A stretch of DNA of 62,561 bases, filler included, from Sphacelaria rigidula (taxonomy: Eukaryota), in assembly GCA_964200075.2 (NCBI GenBank). It is 6 parts of 6 records of this genome, joined end to end, with 100 filler letters (N's around TTAATTAATTAA, not from the genome) between each part and the next. Parts side by side here need not be neighbours in the genome. Positions count along the whole stretch, not along the records: positions 20,892 to 31,234 come from CAXNAA020006685.1; positions 31,335 to 41,677 come from CAXNAA020006686.1; 4 more parts are not named here. One strand, written 5' to 3'. The notes beneath the pieces were generated by a model, which saw nothing but the letters and a program-made list of their open reading frames with translations, did not search any database and was not told the origin of the DNA. Positions 22,800 through 36,100 of the stretch are shown here, one piece after another. Every line of letters starts with the position of its first letter. The first letter of the stretch is position 1. The translations under genes were made by a program, and so were the position numbers.

Positions 22800-25700
22800 T
22801 AGAAAGTGTCTCCCGTCAGGAAAAAACCTTTCCAGCCACGCACAGACGTCGCAAACTCGTCTACTTTAGCAATCGAAAGCTCGAGTCCTGAACATAATCA
22901 GTTCTTCGTAACCTATCCATGCTTCATTTCAACAATCATTTGCGTCAATCAGCGCAAAACAAATAGATACATGTGTATCAATCTCACTCGTTAACAGTTC
23001 TCAAATCTTCCTTGGAACAATAAAAAATCACAAATAAATGCACAGTGAACACCCTTTTCATACTCCTCAGTTATTATGATGACATTCGAGGAACACACTC
23101 AACCTTCCAATACTCGAATCTGTCAAAAACGTACTGTTCTCATGGTAACAAGATGGTGTTGTTCATGTGAAATTCGATTCAACCTACCGTCCACAACACG
23201 GTCTACATCAGGCAAGGTTCCATAGTCAACATGTGCAGAGATGTTTGTGTGGTAGCCCTTCACCCATGTTCAGTAAAAAAATATTCCCGTGATATCATTT
23301 CATTGAACAGAAAAAACCCCTCAAAATACGTAAAATAAACACTGCAAAATGAAAACTTGCAGTATTTGCGTGTGTACCACTTATCCTCGAGTTCGAGAAC
23401 AGAATTCCAATTCAAATCAAAACACTAAAAATAGAGGTATGCTCGAATACCAAAAGATATAGATTTCCTATCTGTCTCAACATCAAAACACAAGACCTGC
23501 TTCTGTTTGTACCACTCTGTATCCTAGAAAAACAAGACACAGTTATGGGCGTGCCTGACCTCCCAAAATGAGCCCAAAACGTGTCACCGACCAAAAGCAC
23601 GAACAGACCGGGGATGTCGTTCATCCCCTGATTATGCACGCCGAAAAATCCCCCCAGGTACTTGTGATTTGAGTGGGGTTTCCACTCGATGATTTCCCAT
23701 TTTCGTTGTCTCGGGCTACGAACCAGGGCGTGCCTAGGCTACTCACCGGCCTATATTTGTCCAAGCTACAATCTGGAGACATTGGGGAACCAAAGGAGTT
23801 ACGGTGATCGAGAAAATCGAAAAAAAATGTTTTTTCCACTCAATTTCTTATTCAACTCGAATCTCGATGAGATACAAAAAATCAACCACCGAATTTGTAG
23901 CTGCTGTCTTGGCGCAGATGATGCAAAAACTCGCATCCCAATCGATCCCCTGGGCGATGAGTAATGGGGGCAACCGTTTGGGCTACGGGCGCAAACCAGC
24001 ACCTCCAACCCTCACCGGTTTTCACGACATGCGAAAACGTCACCCCTGTCCAACGGCCTCAGAATTGATTACACCCATGAATGACTCTTGATACTACAGA
24101 TGGTTGATACATCGCACGTGTGGAATGTTTGACAGGTGTAGAATTTGAACCTTTGACCGAACCCCTAGAGGCTCCCGTGTCTGCGGATATTTACCCCCAT
24201 CCGTGCATCGCTTGTGATGGTGGCAAGAGTAGCGCTCGTTCTCCTGTACCCGGTGCCATCACCACACCACCATCGATAGCGTAGCTTTGTATCCAATCTC
24301 ACTTGGCGGCAAGTAAGTGTGGACAGACTCTGAACTGAAGGAGAAAAGAAAGCCAAATAGCATGCTAGAAGCACAGCTCCCATGAAAAGATCCGGATTTC
24401 GGTGTTCATAATAAAATCAAGATGGATCAATTTACCCTCCCGAATGGTCAACTATACTGCGTCAAGGCGACACGGAAGACGGCATAAAGTCGTCAGCCCA
24501 CTTTTGCTGAAGCCACATGGCACCGAAGCTCCATTCATGTCTTTCAGTGGACCAACCCGTCCTAAGACACGCGCCCGTTGTATCGGCAGAGGTGGGTGAC
24601 GACCGACGGTTTGTTTCCATTCCCTCTTGGAACACGATATCCTAGGAGTCCGATGAAAATCATGCATGTTCATGAAATGAAAAGGCATACCCACGGAACA
24701 ACGAATACGCTTGGACAGGGCGAGTCATTCATCCACTAAAATTGACACTTTCTACGATAGATTGTAGAACGATGGGATCCGATAAATCAAACTCGTCAAA
24801 ACATGACGAGGGAGTCGACCAACATCCGCCCAGCCTACATGACACACCCGGCGACTGTACTCCACTCGTCTGTGGAAGGGCCGTCCTCGTCGTAGGTCAT
24901 CAGTACACATGGTTCTGTCGCATATTGAGCGTATGATTTTGCAAAGATAAATAGTGCAGCATTCCCGTTTCAGGCGTTGGGCTACAAATGTTCATGGTTG
25001 ATATTACTTGGTTTGAATGTGTACAACAACAATCGAATTTCAAGTAGCACTGACAGTCCCGTGGGCTCCTCGTGTGAGCAGAACGTGTTTTTCTTGTGTG
25101 ATGGGAAATGACCGCGTGCCTGAATTGAACTAGTTTTTTGGGATTCACAGATGGGTCCCCAGGAACGACCGGCGGGTATGGACAGATTCTAGTCGAATGT
25201 ATGCAGCAAAATTCAGGAATTGGATTGTTTTTATTGTTGATGCGTTGATGTTGGGAAAAGATTGTACCCGATTAGCCGCGTGTACCTGCTGCTACTACAG
25301 CCTTGATTGGCTAAAAGCACGGCATGTCACGCTGATTTGGTAGTATGACGGGGTTGTACGCGAGGCAGGATGAGGGCGAACAGTACGCTGACCCTCGCCT
25401 ACGGGGCTCACTCGAACCATCGACCAGTCTTCAGGCCTCATTGGATATAAAGAAGAGGTTTTACTCGTCATCTACCCATCGATCTCCTGTCTTCAGTGTC
25501 GCGAGTCCACAGCCTTGACATGAGTCTTAGCTGTGCTGTACGATCACCCTCATCCACGATTGATATTGTATTCTGACTGTGGGGCTGTGTGGTTTTCCCC
25601 TTTGACAGCTCGGCTATTTTATTGAGAGATTGAAACAGCAGTTTGAGTTCAGTAAGTCGAACCAGGATCGCTTGCTGACATCTCACAAGGGTGTGGCTTG

Positions 25701-26900
25701 CTTGCGTTCGGCGTATACGGTTTTACTGCTTACGGTATTGCCTATACCGCCACATTGTGGGGTTTCAGAGATAGCTTGTTTCATGCAAGCTGTACGGTTT
25801 TTCTTTCTCGGTCGGCCGCTGTTTACACACAGCCAAACACCAGCTCACGATTTTCTCCCAAAAACCTTGTATTTTCGGCCCTTGTTTTCACTTGATATTT
25901 GTGTACACGATTTAGCGGTGTAATACACCAAGGTAATTAGACAGCTTCTTAGACAGCTGTTCTCTCTTTTACTCGGAGTTTAACAGACATCCCGATTCGA
26001 GTTAGCTGCAGGTCTTCGATGTGTCATGCAGTCCCCACGTTGGTTTCAGGCAATGGCGACCGAACCTGGAGGCGCTTCAGGTACGAGCGCACACGCAAGC
26101 CCTCTTTTGCTGCTCAAGCATATTCCCCGCAACCTGCAGATCATATCGATGGTACAAGCCAACTCACTGTGGCGGATGCGCTCTCTCTGGTAACATTATA
26201 CACTGCACAGAGAACGCATAGCGTTTTCAAGCACACTCGATCTGATGTGCTGTGTCCTTTTTCAACCACGGGCGATTCTCGGATAATAAAGCCGCTCACA
26301 CGTTCCTTGTTTCGATACGCCCCTCACCCCTCACGGGCCCGTAGCTTTTTTCAATGCCCCCCCCGACCACCTGCCCCCGCAAGCGCCCCTGCTCACAGTC
26401 CGTCGATTCTGTATCAACCGAATCGACCGATATGTGTCCCAACACACGCCGATTCATGCTTGCAGGTAACGAGTACGCGGCCTATTTCAATCGCCGCCCG
26501 CTGCGCAGACGGTTATTTTTTTCTCAAACACGGAACGTTGAGCCACCATGTGCACCGAATCATATCGATTCGACATGATGGACCAGGACTGGGATGCTGT
26601 CTGTACACGCAAGGTACAGGAGCATGATTGAACACGGCGAGGCGCGAGGCTCATGTTACTTGTACACAAGCTCTCGACTCTGTACTCTCTTCACTTTCAC
26701 ACGGCACCAGGATATACTGAAATTTGATTGCCGCCCCACCAACACGCACTACAGTACATACTTGATCGTCCAGAAGGCCGCGTTCCTTTCGCGTTGAAAT
26801 ATTGTTCCGAATTGACGTCCTGACGCCAGTAAAGAACTGTACGGTTTGAATTACAAATGGTCTCGACGGGCAATATGTTGTGGACGGTGAGGTACCGTGC

Positions 26901-27610
26901 TGTAGCATGCGTTGGTACTGCTGCACTATCTGAACGAAGTCATCTATATTGTATTGTAGATATGAACACAACGCGGGTATAGCACTGTGCCGGGCGTCCT
27001 TCGTGTGATACGAACTAATTGACATCGGTCCTATACCATTGACCCGACCCTCCGCCCCACCACTCGAATATCATACGTACTGTACTGTGCCACCCAGCAT
27101 TTGCTGTTCGGTACTTCGTGCGTTGCTGTTTGTACTGCACTACATATCTATATTGCAGTTGTGCGTGTCTATCTTTCAATTGTCTACCTGTACGATGTAC
27201 GTCACCAAGACCCCAACTCGGCTATTTTCAGTGAACCAGGTGGTGCTGCTATATGTGTATCGCCAGCTGCGCTGATATTGCCTCTGGAAATACGATACGG
27301 CATCCGACAGTTTGTGTTTTTTTCTCCTCAAACCTCAACATGTTCTCCAAACAGAACTGAGCGGTTTGACGTTGCTGTTCGCTGCGTCCCACACGTGAAT
27401 CCCTTCATGGCACGCAGGTTTGTCCAATGCGCTGTTGCGCTGATGACAGTCACTGTATGTCTGTTGATTGTGACAACTTTGATTTTCTTCTTGTCTCTTT
27501 GCTGCTACACTTTGTCCACCAACACACACACATACGGTTTGTTGTGTGCCTTCGACATTTTGTTTTTTCCTCTTGTCTGCACCTGATTGAAAAGGTGATA
27601 AACCGCTACA
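26901..27610 (+). repeat. Putative 5' LTR (710 bp)
   Basis: Starts TGTAGC and ends GCTACA (TG...CA with a 6-bp inverted terminus), immediately upstream of the gag-like region. The second LTR is not available to confirm it. Confidence 0.6.
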
Positions 27611-27611
27611 T

Positions 27612-29485
27612 GTGCGGAGTGCGCGGACCTACATGTCGATCGAAAACTGTCGACAGGACCCTGCCACTCTATTTCTTTTATTTTTGTTCACTCCGCCTCA
27701 GTTCTCAACAACTGTGCTGTCTCCCACGACGAAACGTTCACTTTTCAACCCCCGCATCTCTACGTTAACGATCTGGCGCAATTGCGCACGTGTACAAGCT
27801 ATTTCTGATATCAACCGCGCTTCGACTTCATCGGAGCACGATGTCACGAAGGACGGTGCGCTCCCTACAGACAGTGGTGAACGACCGTACAGGTCAACCA
27901 CGCGTAGTGAGGCGAGTGACAAAAACGAACCATAACGTTGTGATTTTGATGATGGCGTCGTTGCAGGACGTATTTTCAGGGAAGGGAGTGTGGATGAAGA
28001 CAATCCTCCTCCATATGCTCACCCTAACCCCGTTGGTGCCCACTCCCCTGTACACCAACCAGCCACTCAAAGCGCTGACGGTGTTCCCACTCTTCTTTCT
28101 AAGATGGCACCGCTCCACGTGAGCCCTAATGCTACGAAAACCTTTACTGACGATGCCCTTCTCACCCCACCAGGGCGGTACCCACACTACACTGATGCTC
28201 ACCTCAACTTGACAACCTTTTGGGAACGTTCTACAAGTTCCGGAGATTTCAAATGGCATACAGTGGGGTGACTCAGGACGCGTTGCTTATCCCAAAACCT
28301 AAGCGCCGCCACCTGCCTGTTTATTTTCTACGGCTGTAGTTCATTTCTTATCAGTCGGTACAATCCCATAATCAGAAATAGACAATGACCGGTAGTTCAC
28401 CGCAGAAGTTTCCAACAATTTCATGTCAACAATTTTTTTTCGCTCGGCCAGGTCACAAACATCACACACGTGAATCAACGGCGGCCACCGCGGGTTCAAC
28501 CATGTGGTGTGGGTTCCCTGATTATGCTAACACTGCCTTGAAGGATTCCAAGACAGTCGAAGCCCGTGCACCGTTGCATGTCTATCAATTGAACAGTGAC
28601 CAAACCCAACGTTTTAACCCTGGATTTGATCACCCAGTTTTACATTCACCAGGTACTAATCATAATCAATCGAATCCCCTCCCTTCGAAGGAGAGGAAGT
28701 CATGTAGTGCAGTTTCTCACGCATCAGGAGCCGAAATATCTTCTGGTACGATAGACACTGTCGCTCCGACCGTTCATCGGGAAACACAAAGCTCAAAGCC
28801 ACACAATCAAGCACCCCCCAACTGCTCAAGTGCCCGGCTAACCACCCTACCGAGTTCTGCAAAAACTACGGTACCCGGTTCCCTTTTATTTGATGAGCGT
28901 AATTATTCCTTGAAGAGTCGCAACCGCAAAGAACCCATGCTTTCCGTCGCTCAGCGGGTTGGAATGGAACCCCAAGTGACAGCGACTCAGGTGGTGCGCC
29001 AAGAGCGTGACCTAGGTTCGACTGTCCAAGAACTCATTTCAATAGCTCCTGAAGCCGCCGACCCTTTCGTGCGCTACACGCGTCACCATAGGCGGACTCC
29101 TCCAGATGATCATGTAGATAACCCTGATGTAGCAAGCGCACGTGAACTTCAAGGAGGAGATTGCGTGTGGGCTCAGACAGATGAAAACCTTGCAGTGGAA
29201 CAGGCCGGTACTCCCCAGATTTCGAACAGATCGTTACTGCTCCCTGACCACCAATCGTGCACTGCGTTAGAACCCATTTCCGATGAAGCGCTGCCGTCTG
29301 TAGGGACAGAGACTTCGCCGACCCATGGACGTTCGCATCCTAGTTATGAAGGCACCTCGATCGTGTGTTCGTCACCAGGCAGACAAAGTGTTACGCAAGG
29401 CGGCTCGTCTCCTATCTCGCCCACGTTGGCCCCTTCCAAAAACGCCGGGTTGAACAGTACAGCATCTGCCAACCTCGCGTCCTGA
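27612..29485 (+). pseudogene. Degenerate gag-region ORFs of the Gypsy element
   Basis: Consecutive ORFs broken by stops or frameshifts lie between the LTR and pol. A possible decayed zinc knuckle (CQQFFFARPGH) occurs near 28420-28460, followed by a Ser/Pro-rich linker. Confidence 0.45.
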
Positions 29486-29610
29486 CGAATCGTCTCCAAA
29501 ACCTTCCATGTTGGCCCTTACTAGTGATGGTATTGGGATGATCAGCGTATCAAACTCAACACCGCGCCCCGATGAATCGTCCCCTGCTCCGACCAAGCTG
29601 GATAATGTAA

Positions 29611-31233
29611 TTGATCCCGCTTTGCACCATGACATTTCGCTCCCTCTGTTGGTCAAATAAGGGTGAAACACCACGCACAAATCAGTTGTCGGGTCCAACC
29701 ACGACAACTGTCCTTCCCTGGCATCGCCCCTCCGTCGCAGTATATGAGATTCAACCCTCGACTGATGAGACAAATATTTCAGGCACAAACACTGACACTC
29801 CATGCACGCACTATCCTTCCGACCAAAACCTTGTCCCACGGGATCATCAACGGGTGTATTTTAGCACCTTCCTTCAAAACGCAAAGCAGGATGGGTCAGA
29901 TGTCTTACCCGAATTCGGGCCCGATCTCGTCAGTGGTATTACAACTATGTATGACGCTTCTTTTACGACCAAGATAGGTTTACATAGTAGAGCGCGTGCA
30001 AACTGTCATTTGATAGCTCTTGCACTGCCAGACTCTGGTTCACCTCAAACGTTCATTACAGCCAGCTGCTGGCAACAGATGATCAACGCGGGTGCGGCGG
30101 ACAAGCACTGTCTGTCCACCGTGCGCCCTCGTGTTTTTGGTGAATTTGGTTCCTCCACATCTCTTACGGTCAATCAATCGGTGAGACTAAGTGTACAATT
30201 TTACCAGGATACTACTCCCACTACTCGGTTGTCTGTATGGGCAATAATAGTGCCCGACGGTTCCATGTCTTTTGATGTTTTGTTGGGTCGAGATAGTTGG
30301 CTTCGTTTTTCCACACATACGTATACGACGGACACACCTGTCCCGAACCGTCCAGTGACAGGCAAACTGTCACTGGGTCACTTCGACACTGATTCGGGAG
30401 CTCATGCTCTTGAGGATAACCCCACGAAAACAGGTAATGCTTTCCGCCTGTACTATGTTGGTGAACCTGTAGTTTCGCTTTCTCGTGAACCCCAACTTAT
30501 CCAAGTGAACCTCGTGAGACGCAATGGATCGCCCGCCCTCACAGGACATTATTTGGTCGAGTTGCTCAAACCTGACCAAGCACAGGTTGGTCCGTTTGAA
30601 CAGACCGAAGTCTTTGTCCACGAAGGTAGGCAGGCCATTTACCTCACGTCCCCTGCATGTTTCGAGATACTCAACGGTCAGTTGTTGGGTTATGCTCAAG
30701 CGCCTCTCATACGAACCGCCCTGTCAGATGTGTGCCCCCCGGCGAACAACAACTCGCCGATCGACCCCCCGAAATCCACGGGGCCCACTCCGCGACACAT
30801 GTCTGACCCCATGGTGGTGACAAATCCACCGAATGCGCCTGACCCTCAACCCCCAACTGCATTACTGGATAGGTTTTCTCCAGAACAACGCACCAGTTTT
30901 CAAAAGTTGTGGGATGACATTTCCCCTCACTTACGGCATATATATTTTTTTCTGTCTGGCGATGGTTGGACACCCACTGTAATCGATAGATTGAGATCCA
31001 TCTTGATTAGATACTCTGAACGGTTTTCTACTGCACCCTTGGATCTAGGTCGATGTACCACGACACCGTTTAAGATCAAGATTCCTGATGGCACTCCTCC
31101 TATCGCAATGCGTCCGTACCGTACGAACCCCCTTTTAGCGGATAAGATCCAGGTAATTCTCGATGGTTACTTATCTGCCGGTTTGATTCGGCACTCGACG
31201 TCTCCGTGGGCCTCGCCTTTAGTAGTCGTCCGT
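29611..31233 (+). CDS. pol: Gypsy pol fragment: aspartic protease and N-terminus of reverse transcriptase
   Basis: Protease motifs ALPDSGSPQTFI and FDVLLGRD. RT N-terminal motifs LDLGRCTTTPFKI...PIAMRPYR...GLIRHSTSPWASPLVVV. The ORF runs off the contig. Confidence 0.9.
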
Positions 31234-32124
31234 ANNNNNNNNNNNNNNNNNNNNNNNNNNNNNNNNNNNNNNNNNNNNTTAATTAATTAANNNNNNNNNN
31301 NNNNNNNNNNNNNNNNNNNNNNNNNNNNNNNNNNCAAAACAAAAAAAAATTTCAGGAAAAAAGTGGACGAAAAAGGGCCAAAATGGGGTATGTTTTGAAA
31401 CGATTTTAGTATTGAAAACAAGTTTTTTTTTTTTTCTTTTGGTCAGCTTCGTCTGCGCGTTATACCCAAACGATTAAACGTCCATAACGATACAGACTTA
31501 TGGGAGAGAGGAAGTATATATATATATATATATATATCGATACGACGGAGAACCCTGAGAAGGCTGCACGAAAACGAAACAAAGTGAGAAAAGCATTACC
31601 CTGTGCGTGTTATATACATCCCGGAAACTCAGAGGACGAGGGGCATGACACCCTGCAGGCTTCCGTTTTGAGATATTGATTTCGCACGAGGAAGTGAGAA
31701 GATATGGATCAAAGAAAAAATACTCATGTTGAGACAGGGGGAATTGTTCGCTGGACAGCGGAAAAGTGGATGGAGAGAGGAGGAAATGAATACAGTTCTT
31801 GCGTTAAGGCGTTGTGTGTACGAACAGCGCTGGTTCGTTTTTTCTCGTTTTTTTTCTTCTTCTTCTTCTTCTTCGCCTTGTTTCCGCATGTCAGTGCGAT
31901 CTTGCGAACCTGTGGCCACAGAGATAGGCTCGCCTTTCCAGTACCGTCGTCTCTATTCCTTGCGTGAGATAGTAGCGCCGATTGAGCGGCTTTTCCCAAG
32001 ACGCCAAAATATAACACAAGAAAGAAAAAAAACGCGAAACTTGTAAACAACACAAGAGCTCCCCCCCACGGGTATAAGATATCAATGAAGAAACGAAGAG
32101 TCTTGAGATCTTGAAGATTTTTCG

Positions 32125-32156
<32 letters not shown>

Positions 32157-32478
32157 CCGAGCCACCTCCCCTTCCTCGGAACGAATCCGTGGTCTCAAGG
32201 GATCACGCTATCTCCCCCCGGTACACGCCTTGCATTTCGGTCTCGCGGACTGGGTCAGCACTCCCGCACCGCGTCAACTCACGTCCGTGTCGTTGTTGGC
32301 TGTATACACGAAAAGTGTCCACCAAGAGAGGAAGGAGAGGAGGGAAAGAACCAACTTGTATTCGGAGCTTTGTTGCTATGCTTCTTTGTAAATCACAGCC
32401 AATTAATGGGACACCGACATGCTGACGAGCACCCTGTTACTAATGTATCATTGTGAACCTCGTCTCATCACTACAGTA

Positions 32479-33100
32479 TAATAGTGGGCGGTCTAACTAT
32501 CCAGGGGTGTTTTGGGGGTTTTCCTCGCGTACTACTATTGGGCACGTCTATCAGGAGACCACGGTTGGACCCCTGGGGGGTCGGTGAAAGCGCGAAAATC
32601 AAATCAATCGATAAATTACTAGCGTCGGTAGATTTTGGTACAAAAAACGAATTTGTCCTCGAAACACAGTGGTGCCCAAGTCAGTGTCAGTTGGTGTTAT
32701 CGGGCGACACGAGTAAATACCCCGTTTATCAGGAGAGCGTCTTTGACCGTGAAACATGGTTTTTCGGCTCTGGTGCATTGAGTGGGTAAACTTTCAAAAA
32801 TATTAAAATGTACAGTTCTTCACACATATGATCGGCACAGGCTCGATTGACCGAAATACCCAAGAGTAAGAATCTGAGCTGAAACGTGGCAGGACCCCCC
32901 ATGACCGGTCAGCCCGTAAGTCACTCAATATTGAGAACATATGTTTTTTTTTCCTTCGAATGTGGAGCGGATACAAATATCTCCAGATCCCCAATGTGAT
33001 GAGCGGTGGCAAGCGAAAAAAGCCCAAGAAAATCGCCGATTACACGAAGAACACATAAATTCCACAAAATGAATACTCGTAGTTAGACTGCCCACTACTG
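32479..33100. mobile_element. Tc1/mariner-like non-autonomous element (CAGTAGTGGGCGGTCTAACT TIR family)
   Basis: TA|TAATAGTGGGCGGTCTAACTA...TAGTTAGACTGCCCACTACTG|TA. The interior is homologous, in inverted orientation, to 58662-59216. Confidence 0.75.
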
Positions 33101-33151
33101 TACGTCCCGAACCGTGACGTGTCATTTGCTGCGTCGTGTGCCGTACGAAAG

Positions 33152-36100
33152 GGTGTTCTGCTGAAGCCTAGGGCCCGGGAAGAACTTCGCAAGTCTGCAA
33201 ATTCGAAGCACACCATGTACGAGCACCTGGAAGCTCTTGTCGACAAAAAATTACAGGTAACAATCGTTTTTGATTTTCTTCCCGTTTTTTTTTCTTCCAG
33301 AGTTGGTTTCCTCTGTTTCTTTTTCACATCGTGCAGTCTGTTTTTGTCCTCGAGTTTGGTTTATTTTCTTGCTTTCTTACACTATTCATCCATTCACCCA
33401 CTCACTCTTTCACTCATTCATTCATTTATTCATTCATTCACGTGCTGACCCCCCTCCCTCGTAGGAAGAATATAGGTGTACAGCAGTTGCGGGTAAAGCC
33501 TTTCTCTTCTCCAGTCTAAGCTCTGAGACGGCAGCTCCCATCCTTCCTGGCTGTAGGCGAACAATTAACCCTGCAAATGATGTGTACACAATAAACTTTG
33601 TCGCGTGCTGAGCACGTGTTGAAACCTACATATCTTGTCTCGTCTCTGATGCATCCACAGCTCGCCAAGCTATGTTCCCCCACGACATGACTCAGAGTCA
33701 GCAGGAGCGGAGCGGGATGAAACATAGACGATTGGTGTCAAGTCCGTAGCGAGGGTTGCTGTTATAGGAAAGAGGCTTCAGAAAGGAACTATGGCGTAGG
33801 GGGGTACTCCTCGCCCCGCTCCCTCACCCTCTCCTACCTCGTTTGTCTTTCCTGTATGCCTAACCCTCCCAGGAAACACCCAAGACGACAGAGGCCCAGT
33901 GCAACAAACTCCGCGCGGAGTGGAAAAGGGGCACAGATGAAATGCTCGCGAAGCTCAGAGCTGCCCTCCCAAGCGAGGACAATCAAGAAGAAGCGGGTGG
34001 TGGCCTGGTCGCTGCTGGGGAAGGGAGGGGTGGGATGATGAGGGGAGGGGTGCTGGCGGTATCCCGCGGGTCCGCGACGGTTAGGCTAACGGCGGAGGGG
34101 GGTCCATACGACGGAAAGATGTTTGAGGTGTTGGTGGAAGAGGATGGAGATGCGCGATTGATCGGGCGCTCAAGCAGCAAGAAGGTGTGTGTTGTGAGGG
34201 GAGGCGAGTATAGTGGTGCCTCATGTGGTACTGACCGACTCATTAATCGATAGTCACACATTTGTTGCACATTGACTGATTTTCGAGGGATACAGCCGTG
34301 GTTGGTCGTGGGATAGATGGACATGCCTTACTCGAGGTAAATGCTCGTAATAGCGGAAGCTCTTACTTGCCGGAGAAGCTTCGAGAAATAGTGAAGAGGA
34401 GAGAAGATAGATCGGGGACACACAGAGTAAACTGGACAGACGCCAAAGAAAAATGGGACAAGACAGATGAAAACGGGGAATCGAAATCAACAGGAGAGGA
34501 TAGAAAAAAATAAGAAGAGCCGGTCCAGACAAAAATAATGATGGAAACATGGAAGAAAATGACGATGAAAAAAAAATGAAACCAATGATGAAAATTATAG
34601 TGAGCAAGACATGGCCGGCTGGAGCTTGGCATCGAGTAGTGAGGCCGTGCGCAAGTGAAAACAGAAACAAACTGAAGAGTCATGGTATAAATGTATCGTC
34701 AGTGTGCCCAGTATGATCTCGTGAAATATTACCTCCAGATACGTGATGAGCGTTGTCCGTAATCGACTTACCTTTGAATACCCCTATCCTCTGCGAACAA
34801 GCTGTACTACTGTAGTGACTGTAGTATCATGGTCCATGAAAGTATCGAACAACCTCAACAGAACCTCGGGATTCTTGCAGTGTAGTCCAATCAGTACGAT
34901 CGTCCGTTACGCGACGCATGACTCCAAACCAAAGCATCCAGCGCATACACCACCCGTGTGTCCCTGTATCGACATGACAACTCCATGCACTTTGGTATTG
35001 AGCCCGCAGCCAATCAGTCGTCCCTGATGTGAATATTAGATATGACCTGACGTGGCGGCGGCAGAGAGACGCCTTTTTTTGTACAACTTTGATTTATTCT
35101 GGTTTGATTGTCGCACTACCTAAACGAATCCTCGAGGGACCCATTCGTGGTCATTATCCACAAGATGGATGTACCCAAGGTGACACAAAACGGAAACGCT
35201 CACTTTAGAAAAAAGAAAGTAGAAATAGAGAAACATATAGAACAAAAACAAAGACGAGAGCAACAAAACAAACCCAGGCAGGAAGAGGAAGGAGAAGAAC
35301 GGAGAAGAATAATGGTAAAATGGAGTAAAATAATGAAATAAAATAAAAAACAACAAAATAAGCCTGGAAATTGCCGGTCCCGTCTGCTCGATGACTAATA
35401 TATCAGCGATTGTAGACCTTGAGATAGAAGCTGCTACCCATGTTGTGAAACAAATTTTATTTGACGCGAAAAACGTGAAGACATGGTTCCGTGCTGATAT
35501 TTCCCTTCACACAGACACGTCATCGTCGCACACAAGTCATACTCCACGGTGACTTACTTCACCAATTCTTCCTGTGCATGAGACTGTGATTGGTACCCTG
35601 CTTCGTTTTCCGTACTCTCCTTCGTACCTTCGCAGTATTGTGTACCCGATGACCTCCAACGCCGCGAACTCCGATACTACAGCTGACCAGTCCCTCTCTG
35701 TTTGCCAGTACTATCCCCAATGATGGTCGAGTGCGCCACGTATTCGTAGGACCCCAGTTCGTGAGGCCGTTCACTGTAGGGATGGATACCAGCTTCTTGA
35801 TTTCGGTATTTGAATTTTTCGGAATATTTGGCATCGCCCCTTTTAACGCCGAAACAAGATATTTCGCTATTGGAAGACATACCACTCCTCGAGATGATAG
35901 GTCGTACTTTTTCTCATGCCAGATTGGACTTTTTGCAAGTGGCCGTCTGCGAAATCTACGGGCGTTTTGCAGCGAACCGGAAGAAAAATGGGCCAGGCTG
36001 CTGTCCGTTAGGTTGTGGCGATATTCCCTGTTTCGGAGTCGAAAGCAGCGTCACACGACCGGCAGCTCAAATATCCCCGTGATTCTTCTGCATGCGCCTG

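Larger units (their letters stand above)
26901..31234 (+). mobile_element. Ty3/Gypsy LTR retrotransposon, 5' part (LTR, decayed gag region, protease, start of RT), cut by the contig end
   Basis: A putative LTR at 26901-27610 is followed by stop-interrupted ORFs, then a pol ORF with protease followed by RT. That domain order is Gypsy-type. Confidence 0.85.

Noticed and set aside
23000..25200. Endogenous viral or transposase remnant
   Set aside because: There are short protein-like stretches but no identifiable motif, so the call cannot be supported without a search.
25234..25990. A second LTR (TGTT...AACA with CCAAT/TATA-like motifs)
   Set aside because: No partner copy, PBS or TSD could be identified, so the boundaries are arbitrary.
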